A stretch of 64,000 nucleotides of DNA. It comes from Octopus vulgaris (taxonomy: Eukaryota). Below the pieces are notes generated by a model. The model had not been told where the DNA came from, searched no databases, and saw nothing but the letters and a program-made list of their open reading frames with translations. Numbering within the stretch: position 1 is the stretch's first letter; each line of letters starts with the position of its first letter. Where the stretch lies: NCBI GenBank assembly GCA_951406725.2, contig OX597832.1, forward strand, positions 69,564,001 to 69,628,000. Reading direction: 5' to 3'. Both the position numbers and the translations under genes were made by a program. Below, in pieces: positions 30,350 to 44,443 of this stretch.

Positions 30350-31900
30350 TTCTTTTTCAGACCTCCTTAGAGTGTTAGGAGAAAAATATCCCCTCCCTTC
30401 AAGTCAGAGACCAGGACCGAATGCTTACACCAGAGTGAACTGGGCGACAGCTTCTCCATTTCCAAAGGGACAAGTTCTCTTCTTTAAGCGATTTTACTGT
30501 CAGGATTGGGAAACAATATTCGCTCTCTAGTTGAGTAATTAGGAAAGAAGGAGGTGGCAAGACCGATGCCAACGGAACACATCGTCTTACCAGAAATGCT
30601 GGACAAGATCTCATGATTACGAATGCCATATTTCGCTAGAATAAAATGTCTTCGAGCAGTACCCAGCACATCAAAGATTTATGCCCTATTCACAATATCT
30701 TCAAAATATCTCGGCATCAACAATAATATTACACAAAAAGAACGCTTGTTACTGGTGCTGACGAGTTTTGCAAAGATGTTATCTTATCTCGTCGAACGTG
30801 AAAATGACAATTCGGCCATATTGAAAGGAACTGAATGTCATCATCTTAAAAATACAGCTAATTCTTAAAGAATAACTGCCTGAATAAATTCCACCTTGCG
30901 AAGGAGAATACCGGAATTGTTTGAAGGAAGCCCGTCCTTGTTCAAAATCGCCAGATAAATTATACTCTTCATGATACAGGAATGGTATCACAACTAAAAC
31001 GTTGGCTCTTGAACAACTCTTCAACGCATAGTACGACGGTTGCGCTGTCAAAGCTAAGGTGTATACTTTGAGACAAACGAAATTCGTTCGATAGGCCAGA
31101 ATAGCAGAGATACAGGGTGGTTATAAAACCACCATTCAGTCTTTCGTAGAGATACACTGAATACGTGTTACTTGGTTCCAGACAGACGTGTGCAGCTTCT
31201 TACAGCAATGCTGGAATCTTCAGAATGTGTGTGGGCGTGGATATGTGTGATTGTAGTATAAAATAAAGCCGTACATCGATGAAATGACGTCGAGCTATTG
31301 CGTAAAGCCGATGACGATAAAACCCAACGGAATGAGGAAAGTCATGTCTGACCGCATGAGGGGCAAATCACTTAGTATGGCGGATCTTCTGTACAAGCTT
31401 TACGATAAGATGACAGAATTGTTTAGTGATCTCTTAGCATCTCTCAGTTGCAACTCACAAGGAAATGGCATAATTGCCAGTCCTGTTATCTGAGGAGTTG
31501 TATCACTACTGAGTAAAGAACCGAACTTGGAGACTACTTAGATCATGTTCGTCCTATAACTCCGCTACATAGAGAGTCCATCACTTTGGTTGAAAGGGCT
31601 GAAGAAAATCACTTTCTTCGTAAACCAATTCCTTATCATGTTTTTTTGGTTTCATTCGGAAGAAAAAAAAGAGGATGGAGAGAAAAATGTTGCCTTCCAG
31701 CAAATTTGTTGAAGGTTGGTTGATAGTAGTTAGCATTGTGGGAATAAACGGGTGTGCTCTGAGTATCTGATTGTAGATTAGAGTAAGACTAAATGGGGAC
31801 TGTCTTGCAATATGGGTCAGGTTGACCTTGCTTTCCGCGAGGTTTTCACGAATATTTCTCGGATGACAACCCAACAATTCTGAAAATTTTCTGAGTTAAA
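30350..31900 (-). mobile_element. Highly decayed DIRS-like (tyrosine-recombinase) retrotransposon relic, tentative
   Basis: Minus-strand fragments in plausible order: LGCHPRNIRENL, LP.RSD, DFEQGR, PSFL.TQ...VKSL...EKL.PVHS (compare the YR motif CPVRAL). All are weak and frameshifted. Confidence 0.35.
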
Positions 31901-32002
31901 ATTTCTTGTCACCAACTTGATTTTTGCTAAAAATTAGTCTACACTTACAAATCCCTGTCTGTTTTTCTGTTTTCTATCAATGTATTTTGTGTCTTTCATT
32001 AT

Positions 32003-32172
32003 TGCTGGCAGAATCGTTAGCACGCCGGGCAAAATGCTTAGTCCGATTTCATGTTCTGAGTTCAAATTCCACTGAAGTCCACTTCGCCTTTAATCCGTTC
32101 GAGGCCAATAAAATAAGTGCCAGTTGAGTTCTGTAATCGACTCACACCATCCACCAATTTTTCAGGCCTTGC
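32003..32172 (+). mobile_element. Diverged SINE family B
   Basis: GCTGGCAGAATCGTTAGCACGCCGGGCAAAATGCTTAG...GAGTTCAAATTCC. Confidence 0.8.
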
Positions 32173-32767
32173 GCTTCTTCTTGCTGTTCTTGCTATTATA
32201 ATAATTATCGTTTTCATTACCATCATTATTATAAATGTAGCAGTAGTAGTGGTGGTGGTGGTGATGGTATTAGTAGTAGTAATAGTGGTGGTGGCGGCGA
32301 TGGTAGTCGTAATGATAATAGTAGCAGCAGTAGGAGCAGCAGCAGCAGGAGTAGCGTTGCTAGTATTGGTAGTAAAGGTTTTGTGACAGAGGTAGTGAGA
32401 GGGACGGCGGTATTGGTGATGGTAGGGGTGTACACCGTTTGATTGCCACCTGACTCGGTGGAGGGGTGGTGTGGTGTAGCAGCGGTGTCAGCAGGTTTGG
32501 AAAGAAAAGGGAAAGTAATCACGAAAACATGATAGGTGAAACACAATCAACAATCCACCAACGACCCTCTCTCCCATCCTCACACGAGGTGCCTTTTGAA
32601 GAAGTGAGCAAGCAAAGATGTGAGCAAATGCAATTTGAAAACACGAAGCTTTTGTGATTCAATCGTGATATAACCAAATGTGAATGGCCAGTGTAGTGGT
32701 GGCAATGTTGACACTGAACCATTAGCTAAATGATATGTTAGATCTCTGGTGGAGTGATATTGTACAT

Positions 32768-32795
32768 CAATAATAATAATAATGATGATGATAAA

Positions 32796-32842
<47 letters not shown>

Positions 32843-32913
32843 TAATAATAATAATAATAATGATAATAACAACAAGAATAATAACAATAGTAATAATGAA
32901 AATGATGATGATG

Positions 32914-32956
<43 letters not shown>

Positions 32957-33009
32957 GAATAATAGCAATAGTAATAGTAATAATGAAAATGATGATGATG
33001 ATGATGATG

Positions 33010-33087
<78 letters not shown>

Positions 33088-33190
33088 GTAACAAGTAGTA
33101 ATAATGGTAATATCAAAAATAATGATAATAACGGTAATATTAGAAATAAAAATAATGGTGATAATAAACATAACAACAACAATAATAACA

Positions 33191-33233
<43 letters not shown>

Positions 33234-33268
33234 CGATGATGATGACGATGATGATAAGGATAATAACT
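32768..33268 (+). repeat. 500-bp compound (AAT)/(GAT)/(AAC) trinucleotide array
   Basis: Direct reading; it stays in one triplet phase. Confidence 0.95.
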
Positions 33269-34390
33269 GAAATGCAAAGGTAAGGGTAGGAGTAATAAAG
33301 CTTTATTCACTTGACCTCGGCCACTGATTCCTCGTTTGTCAAAAATCTATGATTATGAGCTTTAAGTTCTTGCATCTATTCTGACATGGCTTTCTTCTAT
33401 CATGATATCATATTACATTCCATGTATGTATGCATGTATTTATATATGTATGTGTGCGTGTATATATATGCGTCTATTATATATACATGCATGTGCATAC
33501 ATAGATAAACCTACAAAATACATATATATATTGTATACATGCAGAAATAGAGTATGTGTGTACACTTATATAGATATATACTTGTATATATGTATACATA
33601 TGCACACATATATGTATATATCAATAAATACTTACTTGCATACTTACACATGCATGTATCTCTCACTTTCTCTCTCTCTATTTATGTATCTGTATAAATA
33701 TATGTGTGTGTGTGTGTGTGTGTTTGTGTGTATGTGTGTATTTGTGTGTGCATATGTGTGTGAAGAGGCTTACATTAATCAGTTTAGATGTTTCTTCAAA
33801 ATTGCTATTAGCTCGCTGTTCACTTCATACCACGTGGAATACAATTACGTATAGCAGAAAACAGTCATTAATATAAAGATTACTTTAACAGCGTTCACGA
33901 AAGCTTTGATTTATGGGATCACGGGTCAGATCCTAATTTTCGCATAGAATCGCATTCTGTAAAATTTAAATGCCACTTTCATAAAATGGAAACATTCTCA
34001 CTATGGTTTAAATTCTCCTCGATTTCTTTTTCTTTTGCTATTTCTTTTTTTTTTCCACCAAAATAAAATATTTCTAATACATATCTATATTTCCTAAATG
34101 ATTTATTGTTAAGCTAAGTTTTACATTTCACGACCATTAACCTTATTTCCTATTCTTTTCCTTTTTTTCTTTTTCCCTTTTTTTTTGCTTGTGCACGTTC
34201 TGTACAACCATTACGATTAGTTGATTCTAGAAATGTCTTCTGGCACTGCTATATTTCAGCAGATATAATTAACCTTTATTTTTAATGATGCTCGTCTTTA
34301 ACAGACGGTTAAAATAATGCTTCTCGTTATCGTTGATGGTGTGTGTGCTGTCTTTCTTTTTTTTTTTGCATTATTCTTTTAGCTCGAGAT

Positions 34391-34590
34391 CTGTGGTTCC
34401 CAACCATTTCACAGTGGTTACCAAAATTGATTTCCAACCCATTGATTTAAATAAGTGTTCCCAAGAATCCCATTTAATATACTTATCCATATGTATATAG
34501 ATATGTGAAATTTTGAATTTAGTTCACGGACCCCCAATACTATCTTTGCAGACCTCCAGGACTCTGCGAACCCCAGGTTGGGAACTGCTG
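34391..34590. mobile_element. hAT-Charlie/Buster-type MITE
   Basis: TIRs CTGTGGTTCCCAACC / GGTTGGGAACTGCTG. The flanks resemble the NTCTAGAN target but no clean TSD remains. Confidence 0.65.
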
Positions 34591-35492
34591 ATCTAAAGCA
34601 ACAGTGACTGAGTAATCGTGATAATCACAGACATTCTAGCCGTGACAGACACGCATATCTTCTGCGTGCAAGAATCAGACACTTTTAAAGACAAATGTGT
34701 ATCATTTAAAGGAAATTCGGCTAATTTTAAGAAATCTAGCGTCCTTACACGGATTCTCTCATTGTCTCTAAATCTTAGTGGTGGTGGTGGTGGTGGCCGC
34801 CGTGGTGATGGTAGAGGTGGCGGTGCTAGTGGTGATGGCGGTGATAGTGATGATGGTAGCGAAGATGATAGTGGTGGTTATGATTGTCATGGTAACAGCG
34901 GTACGTATTTCGTTACCCCCCAGGCAGCACTAATCGAGGATAAGTATGGCTAAATCGAACAAGCATGTCGGGTATTTTTAAGACAAAAGATCTCCGCAAA
35001 ATAGAAGTAAAATCTATCTCAATCTTAAAATATTGGAACGGCACATTTGTTATTGTTGACCTAGCAGCCCAGTTGTAGATGTGCACGATTAAGGCAGACA
35101 TCAATCTACAGACCCTCCCAAAATACAGGCGCACACCTCATCATCACTTCTTTTATTCCTAACTCCCCCAACTGGGCCCTCATCTTTATCATTCAATTAT
35201 TATTTATTTATATTTATATTTAAAAATTCCTTCCTTTTCTTTCTTCTTTGCGCTCTTTCATCTGATAAAAGACCAGCGTGCGCAACATTCTGTTTCTTGC
35301 CCTTCTTTTTAAATATGAAACTTATAAACATTTTATTAATCTTTCTCTCTCTCGTACTGCATATTTTATGTGCTCCTTGCTTTTTCTTAATACATAGACA
35401 TATCCATATTTTCACGTACCACACTCATGTTCTTGTATATATTTATATGTGTGTGTGTGTGTATGTATATATGTATGTGTGTGTGTATGTAT

Positions 35493-35872
35493 GACATTAT
35501 TCAGTTTTATTTCAAGATTTCTTGCCAATAAAAAAGACCCAGTTTCTATTCTAGTGCAAAATCTCCCTAATAGGAATTACATCAACAATGTATTTTTGTA
35601 TGTATGTATGTATGCATGTAGGTAGGTAGGTAGGTATATGTGCAGCTTTTTAAATTTTGTTTTATGTATATACTATCATGCATATTGTTGCATGTCTAGA
35701 TATGCTCATATATACTTAAATGGTAAGCTTCTGGAAAGTTTTTCAGACTTTTAAAATTCCACTGATGGCTTCGATCTGTAGTCTTTAAATCAGCATTCTC
35801 TTTTCTGATTTTGAGAAGTCTAATTTCTCATGATTTGTATTTAGGCAGTGCGTTACATATCTCCATGCTCCA

Positions 35873-35873
<1 letters not shown>
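35493..35873 (-). mobile_element. 3'-terminal fragment of an R4/Dong-like element
   Basis: IGAWRYVTHCL....KLDFS.....RLQI.AISG..KV.KTF aligns with the C-terminus of the 36015-38008 copy. It ends AAATAAAACTGAATAAT, like the end at 8554. Confidence 0.7.
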
Positions 35874-35903
<30 letters not shown>

Positions 35904-36014
35904 TGTATGTATGTATGTATGTATGTTTGTTTGTATTTATGCACGTATGTATGTATGTATGAATGCATGTATGCATTTATGTATGTATGTTAATATATAT
36001 GTGTATCTCTTCTA

Positions 36015-38008
36015 TTTTTTTTAATTATTACAAATCTTCAACTGAAGAGGGAACCGGTTTCCTACAAAGATACAAGGCTCCATCTTTGGGATGTAGCTGA
36101 CACAGACAAATTCATATTTGGAGCTTGAGAAGAGTTTTGCATATTTTTGCTGTTCCATTCACAGATTGCACTTGTAATGTACGGACCAGCTGGTTAGTTT
36201 CTTTTTCTGAAAACTCCAGTTTATCCAGATTCTCTTTCAAGCATTTACCGACAAAACCTAGTGCTCCAATCATTATTGGTATGAATATGAATTCATAGTC
36301 TGTATATAGAAGCTAGAGGTTTCGAAGCAGTTGACCATAGATACCTCTGTCTCTTTGATTTTCAAAGAGATATTTATATCTGCAAGGCAGCTGGCTTCTA
36401 TGATGGTACATACCTTTACCCCTCTGTCCCAAACAACAATATTCGGCCTGTTATGTTTACATTTGACAGAAGTTTTGATGGAAATATTCCACCAGTATTC
36501 CTTAAGTTGGTGTTTATGAATGTATTCCATAACAAAGGGAATTTCTAAGTTTATTTCAGACAGTCTTTTAAATTGTTTTAGCAACAACGTCGTGCCGCAT
36601 AGTGAGGTAGTACCGTGATGGCATTTTCGGACAGCTGCGGATCACATGCGTAATTAATGTCATCCACAGAGAAATGACATAGACTACACTTTAGGATTAC
36701 AAGAGTGTTACTGTCTCTCTTGTTCACAAGGTACTTTGTGGCAATCTCCTCCTCCTGGATTGCAAACGCATAGCCTTCAATGTGTGATGTGATGTGGTCA
36801 TGTGTCAAACAGAGGATGTGGTTCGTGTCAATTCTTCTCTCTTCTTCAAGCTTTCGGACAACATACCCACCCATGGTAATTTCTTCTTTTTTTGGATGCT
36901 GAGTGATTTCCATCCAGATCTCCATGGTAAGAAAGCCCAGTTGTTTTAGGGCTGTATATGAGATCATCAGGAAGAGAGTGTTTCTTGAGGAGTTCATTGC
37001 CAATTCGTACAATGTTGCTCGCTTCATTTTTCGGCACTGCATTAATATATTTATTTTTGCTGCTGTTGTTCAGCAGGTGCTGCCTGAGTGGTACCATACG
37101 GCAATCGAAGGCCGCCTGCACTGATCTCAGCCCTCTACCCACTTCAGTTCGTCTTAGGTAGAGCCTGTCAACATCATTGTTTCTGTGGAAGTTCCCAGTT
37201 GTTGTCAGGCCTTTGCGGGTTTTGATATCTATAGAGTAGAATTCCTCTACAGACCAATCAAGTATCGCAAATGTTGGGATTAGCACTGGTATAGCAAATG
37301 AATTGTGAGATATTGTTTCGTTATAAGAGGTGAGTTCCGACTGCCATATTTTCCTAAGTCTGGTGTAATATGCTCGGGTCACTCTATCTTTATTCACTGT
37401 GCCTTCATATGATACATTTTCGTCTATGCCTAGGTACTTGTAACATTCTATGTGTGGAATGGGGGAGATAGGGAGACTGTTGATGCACAGGTTTTGGGAA
37501 TGGGGGAGATAGGGAGACCGTTGATGCACAGGTTTTGGGTTTGGGAGACTGACTTCCCTCGTTCTATAACAAAATATGAACATTTCTTTTGGTCAAATTT
37601 TATGCCTATATCAGCTGAAAATGCTATTAATCCCATGTGTTTTTTTTATTTTGGCATTGTTAACACTTTTAGCATAAATCTTGAGGTCGTCTACAAAGAA
37701 ATTATGAGCTACGTTGATATTTCTAGCGGTTGAAGATCCTAGTATGTAACCATTTGTTTTATGCAGTAGGAACAATAATGGATTCAGTGCCAAAATGAAA
37801 AGAAGTACAGAAAGACTATTTCCCTGGAATATTCCCTTGGTAATGCTTATACTCTCAGAAAAATTATTCTGTTTTCAGTTGTAAGGGTAAGAATAGTTGT
37901 CCATGTCTTTGCGAGTCTCTCTATAGCAGCAATTAAGGTAGTAGGTACCTTTGCCAGATGTAGGTACTTCAACAGCCATGAACGAGGGATAAGTCGAATG
38001 CCTTCTTA
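36015..38008 (-). mobile_element. Degraded 5'-truncated R4/Dong-type non-LTR retrotransposon
   Basis: KKAFD, KGIFQGNSLS.LLF.LALNPL, HNFFVDDLKIY, YKYLGIDE, DVDRLYL.R..GRGL, CSLC, NRPNIVVWD, IIGALG. Internal ~41-bp tandem duplication at ~37456-37538. Confidence 0.9.
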
Positions 38009-38016
38009 TGTCTGTA

Positions 38017-38051
<35 letters not shown>

Positions 38052-38280
38052 ATGTATGTATGTATGTATGTATGTATGTAGGTAGGTAGGTAGGTAGGTA
38101 GGTAGGTAGGTAGATAGGTAGGTAGGTAGGCAGGCAGGCACGTAGGTAGGTAGGTAGGTAGGTAGGTAGGTAGGTAGGTAGGTAGGTAGGTAGGTAGGTA
38201 GGTAGGTGAGTAGGTAGGTAGGTAGGTAGGTAGGTAGGTAGGTAGGTAGGTAGGTAAGCAGGCAGGCAAGCAGGCAAGTA
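38009..38280. repeat. Compound tetranucleotide array (GTCT)-(GTAT)-(GTAG)-(GCAG)
   Basis: Direct reading. Confidence 0.95.
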
Positions 38281-39250
38281 GTATATACCTACATCCTTTT
38301 CATCCCCCACTTTCATAGCAGCGCTTTTCAGCTGTAAGTCGGTCTCATTGACTTGCAGATGAGTCCAGGCAAATAATTGCTAGAGGGGTGCAGCCTGATA
38401 AAAAAAAACAACTGTCAGTTTTAAAACGTTTCCCGATAAACATTTTCGGCCACTCTTGTGGTACTGAGGCCCGCTCATTGATGCTAATATCACCACTGAA
38501 CATCACTCATAGCTTTTAAGCTCAGCCAGTGCAGACTGTTTCTAGAGGGTTCTACCTGCGAGCTTGATGAGAAATGTACATCATTCCTGAAGATTTTCAA
38601 CATGGCATCGACTTTGCTTTTATGAAGGAGTATGTACTGTCTCAACACAAAGACACTAGTATTAGTAAAGGACTAATTTTGTCATTTCGTATGCCCCAAG
38701 AGCCCTTGTGGCCCCTTACTGAATACCTGTGCACTTAGACGTTCATCTCATATTCCGGACCAGGGCCGCCTCAATCAGACATTTGACTATAATACTACTA
38801 CAAGTTAGAATGATTTTTATGTAAGGGTTAAGCGGGATAAACTATTAATAAAATGAAGAAAAATTACCCTTACTTGTCAGCATTTTATTTGGAAGACTAA
38901 ACGAAATGGTAGGATAATTGTTTCTGTGTGCAGAGCACGACTTCCCCATTATCAACACATTATCAAGTCGCGCGCCCGTACACATAGAGACACACACCTA
39001 GAGAAGCACACGCAAACATATGCACACACCATCGTATACATCTCGTTTGAGGTGTCGACTACATGTCGGGGGAAATTCCAGAGTAGCAGATGATTGGATC
39101 AGCTATAATATTCATAAGCTGACACAATACATGGAGTTATTCATATATAAACACACTTACAGTACTCTCTCTCTCACACACACACAAACACACGCACATC
39201 TATGTATAAGCATTTACGCATATATGTGTGTGCGTGCATATATATATATG

Positions 39251-39287
<37 letters not shown>

Positions 39288-39395
39288 ACATACATATATG
39301 TTTGCGAATGTATGGTTATATATGTTTCTATATCCATGTTTACATATTTGCATATTCAATATGCGCATACTTATTCGCCTGTATTCTAGTGCTTT

Positions 39396-39446
<51 letters not shown>

Positions 39447-40853
39447 ATGTACGCGCGCGCGTGTGTCTGTCTGTGTGTGTGTGCATGTGTGTGTATGTGT
39501 CTGCCTCTATGTATAAATTGAGTTGTTAAACGAAGTGACTCAAGAGACTGAGGAACACGTAGCGAGCAGCCCCAACACTTATGTGCTCACACTTCGAAAT
39601 TAATCGAAGATCTTTGGAATAAAGATATCGAATACATTTTTTTTTACTTTGTTTTAGTTTTTCTCATAAATTCTCTCAGAACTTCTGCAATGAAATACAT
39701 GAAGACTGAATAGATTCGATTATGCTAGTCTTGATTTATTTGAAAAAGAAACTGCTTTACACTTAAAGTACATTTGGTCTTCGATTTAATTTAGTTAAGT
39801 GATAGTAGTATACTGATGTTGTCTCTGTTGCTATTTAACCCCAGGTCGTCTATGATCCAGCCACAGCTGCTCTAAGATCAACGCCATTCTAGCTGTAACT
39901 ATTTTGCTCTCCTAACAATGTATCTAGGATCACATTCTCTAAAGAATCTTTTTATTTTTTAAAAACAGTAGAGTGTTATCTTAGGAAGTTGCAGCTGCTT
40001 TCTTGAGCAAGTCTATCCACCGTGGTGATGCTTTTTCATTATTTGTTATAGTGTTTTTGTTGTTATATTTAAAAAGTAAAAGAAATGAAGCTTAGCAAGG
40101 TCATATATTTTCGGGAATATATTTTCTTTATTACTACCTGACCAGTATCTATTCTAATCCCACCACGGTTTAGTACGACAAAGGAATAAATCGACCCCAC
40201 CGGGAGTAGAACTCAGAAAGTCAGATATTAAAGGGACTGAACGGAACAGTTTGTACTTTGTTCCAATAGAGTTTTTTGTTTCTTTATTTGTTGTGCTTTT
40301 TTGTTAGCCCACCACCTATTTCACATTTGGCATGTTTTGACCTTCCAAGATTCTTTTTAGTTTAGCGCTTTGCGCCGTATCGATCAGCAAGCCACACCAC
40401 CACAATTGAACAAAAAGCCGTCCATAGATATAACAATGACATAACGAGATGTCATTCCGTTTCTTTACTGATTCTGTTGGTAAAATAAAAGAAGCTAAAA
40501 ATAAAACGCATGAGAGCCCTACATTTACCACAAATACAATGGTATTTAATTTGTAAAGGAAAATAGAAAAGGGACGAGAAGACTCCGGACGTATAGTGGC
40601 GGGAGAAGTCGCGAAAAAATCGCTTTGAATTGTTCTGTTTACAATATTTTACAGTGTAAATTTGAGTTTCGGCAAGACCAAATTTGAGTTTCATCTTCTC
40701 AAAGTTAATATAAAATATACTACTTTGAATATGAATGAAGTTTAATTATCAAATGATTGATATTTTTTTCCTTTATAACTGTGGCTTCAGGCCAGGTAAG
40801 TGATCATTCAACTACAGAGGAAAAAGCAATCTAACAAATCGAATAGTGACAAA

Positions 40854-41095
40854 AACACTATCACTTACTCACTATGCCACTGACAGCAAAACGATGTTAT
40901 TTATTCAATACTCTGCTGGCAATACAACGATATCTCTAACCAATGATCCACCAGCAATACAACAATATCCTTTACTCAGTATTTTGCAGGTGAAGAAATA
41001 ACATCATTTAGTCAATGCTTTACATGTCATACAACAATATTTATTACTTTGAGTTTCTACAAGTGATAGAATGATGTCCTTTCCAATGCTTTACT
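40854..41095 (+). repeat. Degenerate ~36-bp tandem repeat, about 6.5 units
   Basis: Units start AAC(A/G)ATATC-like at spacings of 35-37 bp. Confidence 0.6.
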
Positions 41096-43838
41096 TTCGA
41101 CACATGGCGTCATTTGAGGCTTCGGAGGTCTCGCATATATAATATAAACAATATATAAAGCAATTTGTAAGCAAGACGCCGTGTATGGATTTTCAAAATC
41201 TACAAGAAAACTTCAAATATTACATCGCAAGTAGAAAGTTGTTTAAAATGCGCACTCTATTGCTTTCGCAATAAAGATAGATTCCAATAATCTGAAAAAT
41301 CTCTTCGAAAACATGATGTTTAACTCTGCTTAGCTGTAACTCAGCACCGTTCTTTTTAACCAATGATCCGCATATTCCAAGTAGTACCATGGCATCCTTT
41401 TGTGCGTCAATGAATTTCATATCATCATTAAGACGAAATTATGTGATTTGAGAGATAATTAGATTAAGGACTTATTTCTACCGATCTTTTTTTTTTTTTT
41501 TTTAGACATAGATACTCGTTTGAATGTATTAGGTACGACGGAATCAAACATTTCATGACCTCTGATCCTGAACATAAACATTATTTTTTGACACATTAAT
41601 TAACGCACGATTCGTTCATTAATACTGGTTTCTTATTCAATAGATACAAATATCTCTGTCTTTAGGAAAGCGATATCAATATTACAACATGTATGTCATT
41701 TACAATGACATATTTGATTTTAGAGGAAATGGCTGTGCTTCCGTAGCAAGATGAAAAAAAACCATTGCAGAATCAAATCAGATCAGTTACTGATTTTAAA
41801 TTACACAAATAAGCTGTATGATATAGGAAATAATTAAGGCCGTACTTACAGGAAGGCGGTGATTGTATTCTGTGACTTTCAACCCTTTCTTAATAAGAGT
41901 TTTAGGTAAGAAAAGAAATCTTCGGACGCAGAAACTAATTTTTACGTTTTGAGGTTGCACCTGTTCAAAGGTTGTTTAATTTTCCATTGCTGAAAATGAT
42001 GGATAGTTTTAAATGGCCGCTCTGCCTGTTTGAAATAACTGATAAATTGGCATCGAATCACATTGAAGTAAATTGGACATGGAAGGATATATTTGATGAT
42101 ACGATCCTGGGTAGAAGAGCTTTGAGAAGCAAACAAAAAAATGACAAAATCACGAGATATTAACGGTTGCTTCGCCTGTGATAGATTTGCATCAATCAAA
42201 AGTGAGCTGGGATTAAACAACAGCAACAACAGTAACATCATCAGCAATATTAACAACAACAACATTGTGGTATTACCTGAGTGATTATGTAAACTTATAG
42301 AAATGGACAGATTTGCAACTTGAAGCTGTCCCACACTTTGAACATTGATTTTATCCTTTCAGTTCATTCATATCATACATCCATAAGAAATGAATGAATG
42401 TTGCAACTTCTCATTACACCTAACATTAAATGAATTTATGCTCATTCGTTCTAAAGGCAGAATTTTATTATTTACTGCTTGAGATATGTTCATTTCAAAA
42501 TACGAATAAATTGATAAGTTATAAAGAGCAATGGCCACTTAAAGCATTAATGAACTGTATTGCTCTACGGTGGCCAGTTTACATCTAGGCACACAATACT
42601 GTAATGGCTGAGTTAAGTCTCTTAAACTAAGACACAGCTCAACATTCATTATGGAACCGAATGCATTGACCCATCAGTATTAAAGGCGGACACGGTAAGC
42701 TATCGTTTTGATCAGATGCGATTGGACACTGTACATTGAAAACAATAAATCATATATATATTCACCAGACGGAACGGCGAATATATTGCAGTGAAGCATT
42801 TCTATATTTGATGTCTTGGAAAACTTTCTCTGACGAGACATTCCCACTTGAGATTACAGAAGTACGTCTTCGGGAGTGAAAGGCAGAAAAGGAAATAAAT
42901 TTATTAAAAATTATTGAAGAAGCAAATATTTCAGATGAATACGAAATATGGTAGGAAAGGTTAATGCTGGGTTTCGTATGTACAATAGAAAAATCTAATG
43001 AAGTAAAGAACGTTAAGCAGCGTTATAATATGTTAAATATGGTGGAACCAAACATTGTAACTTGTGCAATTATAAGCATAAATATTGTTTATTGTTTAAC
43101 ATTGATTAATGGATGGCACCAAATGATTATATTGGTATAAAAAATATATAAAAGAAATTCTGTAGAACAACCCTAAAGTAAATCGATGAGTAATCTGTTT
43201 AAAAAAATTTTTTTATAATAAAATCAGGGAAGAAGGGCTGTATCTTTATTGTCTGCAGACCGAACCGAGGAACGTGATGGATGACTACCCAAAAGATTTA
43301 TAGATTAGTGATTGCAAGAAAAACCTGGACGAGCTCTCTCTGCAATTTCAGGTCTGACCCGCAAAATGTCTGTTACAGATTGAATTATGTTACTGGCCCA
43401 AGTGAGATAGGTGTTGCTTTAGTTTTTTGGCTTGTCTTGACAAAAGTATAATTATGATCAAGCAGGTTCGAAACATGGCAATCACTTCATTTCTTCCCAC
43501 GTGGTCATGTTTAGCATTACAATATCTTTGGAGTAAAAACCACATTCTGAAAATTCTAACGAAAATTTGTTGTTAGGTTTTGTACACCTCTTAAACTGTG
43601 CTGAACAGATCGTACGCGAAATCGCCTCAAACGAAATGCCTCGTCCTCTCACGTGATTGTGTTTACGACCTTTTTTAACCAGTCAGTAATCAGTTGCTGG
43701 CACAATTTGTTCTTGGAGTCCTCTTCATTACAAACGCTGCTGGGTTTTGGATCCAGATTTATGCTATCGACGCGTATCCTTGATTGACAGAGTTATTTTT
43801 AATTCTCCTCTTTGTATTTCATGTTTGGATTAACTATA

Positions 43839-43883
<45 letters not shown>

Positions 43884-43887
43884 AATA

Positions 43888-44161
43888 AATATTAGGGAAT
43901 AAATCCAAATTTACAGGGAAATATCAGATTTAGGATTGAATCCAATTTTATAGCAAAATATTATATAATATTAATTAGAGACAAAACCACTATTTTGCAA
44001 ATCAGACTTAATCCAATACATAAAAAAAATTTTTATATAAATTAAATTAAATAAAATAAAATTTAATTTAATTTTATATAATTTATATTAAATTTTTTTT
44101 TATGTATTGGATTAAGTATTTCTTTGTTTGATTTGCAAAATAGTGGTTTTGTCTCTAATTA

Positions 44162-44165
<4 letters not shown>
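43888..44165. mobile_element. Fold-back mini-element in TA/AAT microsatellite
   Basis: Inverted arms ~43968-44032 and ~44091-44165 (one ~10-nt indel), palindromic AT-rich centre, ~80-bp extension beyond the left arm. Confidence 0.7.
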
Positions 44166-44202
<37 letters not shown>

Positions 44203-44204
44203 CA

Positions 44205-44401
44205 TGAGTACGGTTGGCGATTTTTTTTTCCTCTGTCTTCCCTTCTCGGGATCTTTCCTTTTCCTATGTTTCCGACGAAGAGCTCCGCTCGAAACGTTAA
44301 ACCCTCCTTCTTCCCTTCTTTCCTGAGCGTCCAATAATACTTTATTTGTTCCACGTCCTCGCGTTGTTGTGTTTTTTGTTTTTTTGTGTTTTCTTGTTTG
44401 G

Positions 44402-44410
<9 letters not shown>
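44205..44410 (+). mobile_element. Family H1 element with an ultra-minimal hammerhead-like motif (44268-44302)
   Basis: GTTT-CCGACGA-A-GAGC-TCC-GCTC-GAAACGT-T-AAAC, then TTCCTGAGCGTC; (TA)n flanks. Confidence 0.72.

Positions 44411-44443
<33 letters not shown>

Noticed and set aside
40854-41095. CRISPR-like array
   Set aside because: Eukaryotic context; the units are degenerate tandem repeats with no constant repeat/unique spacer pattern and no cas genes
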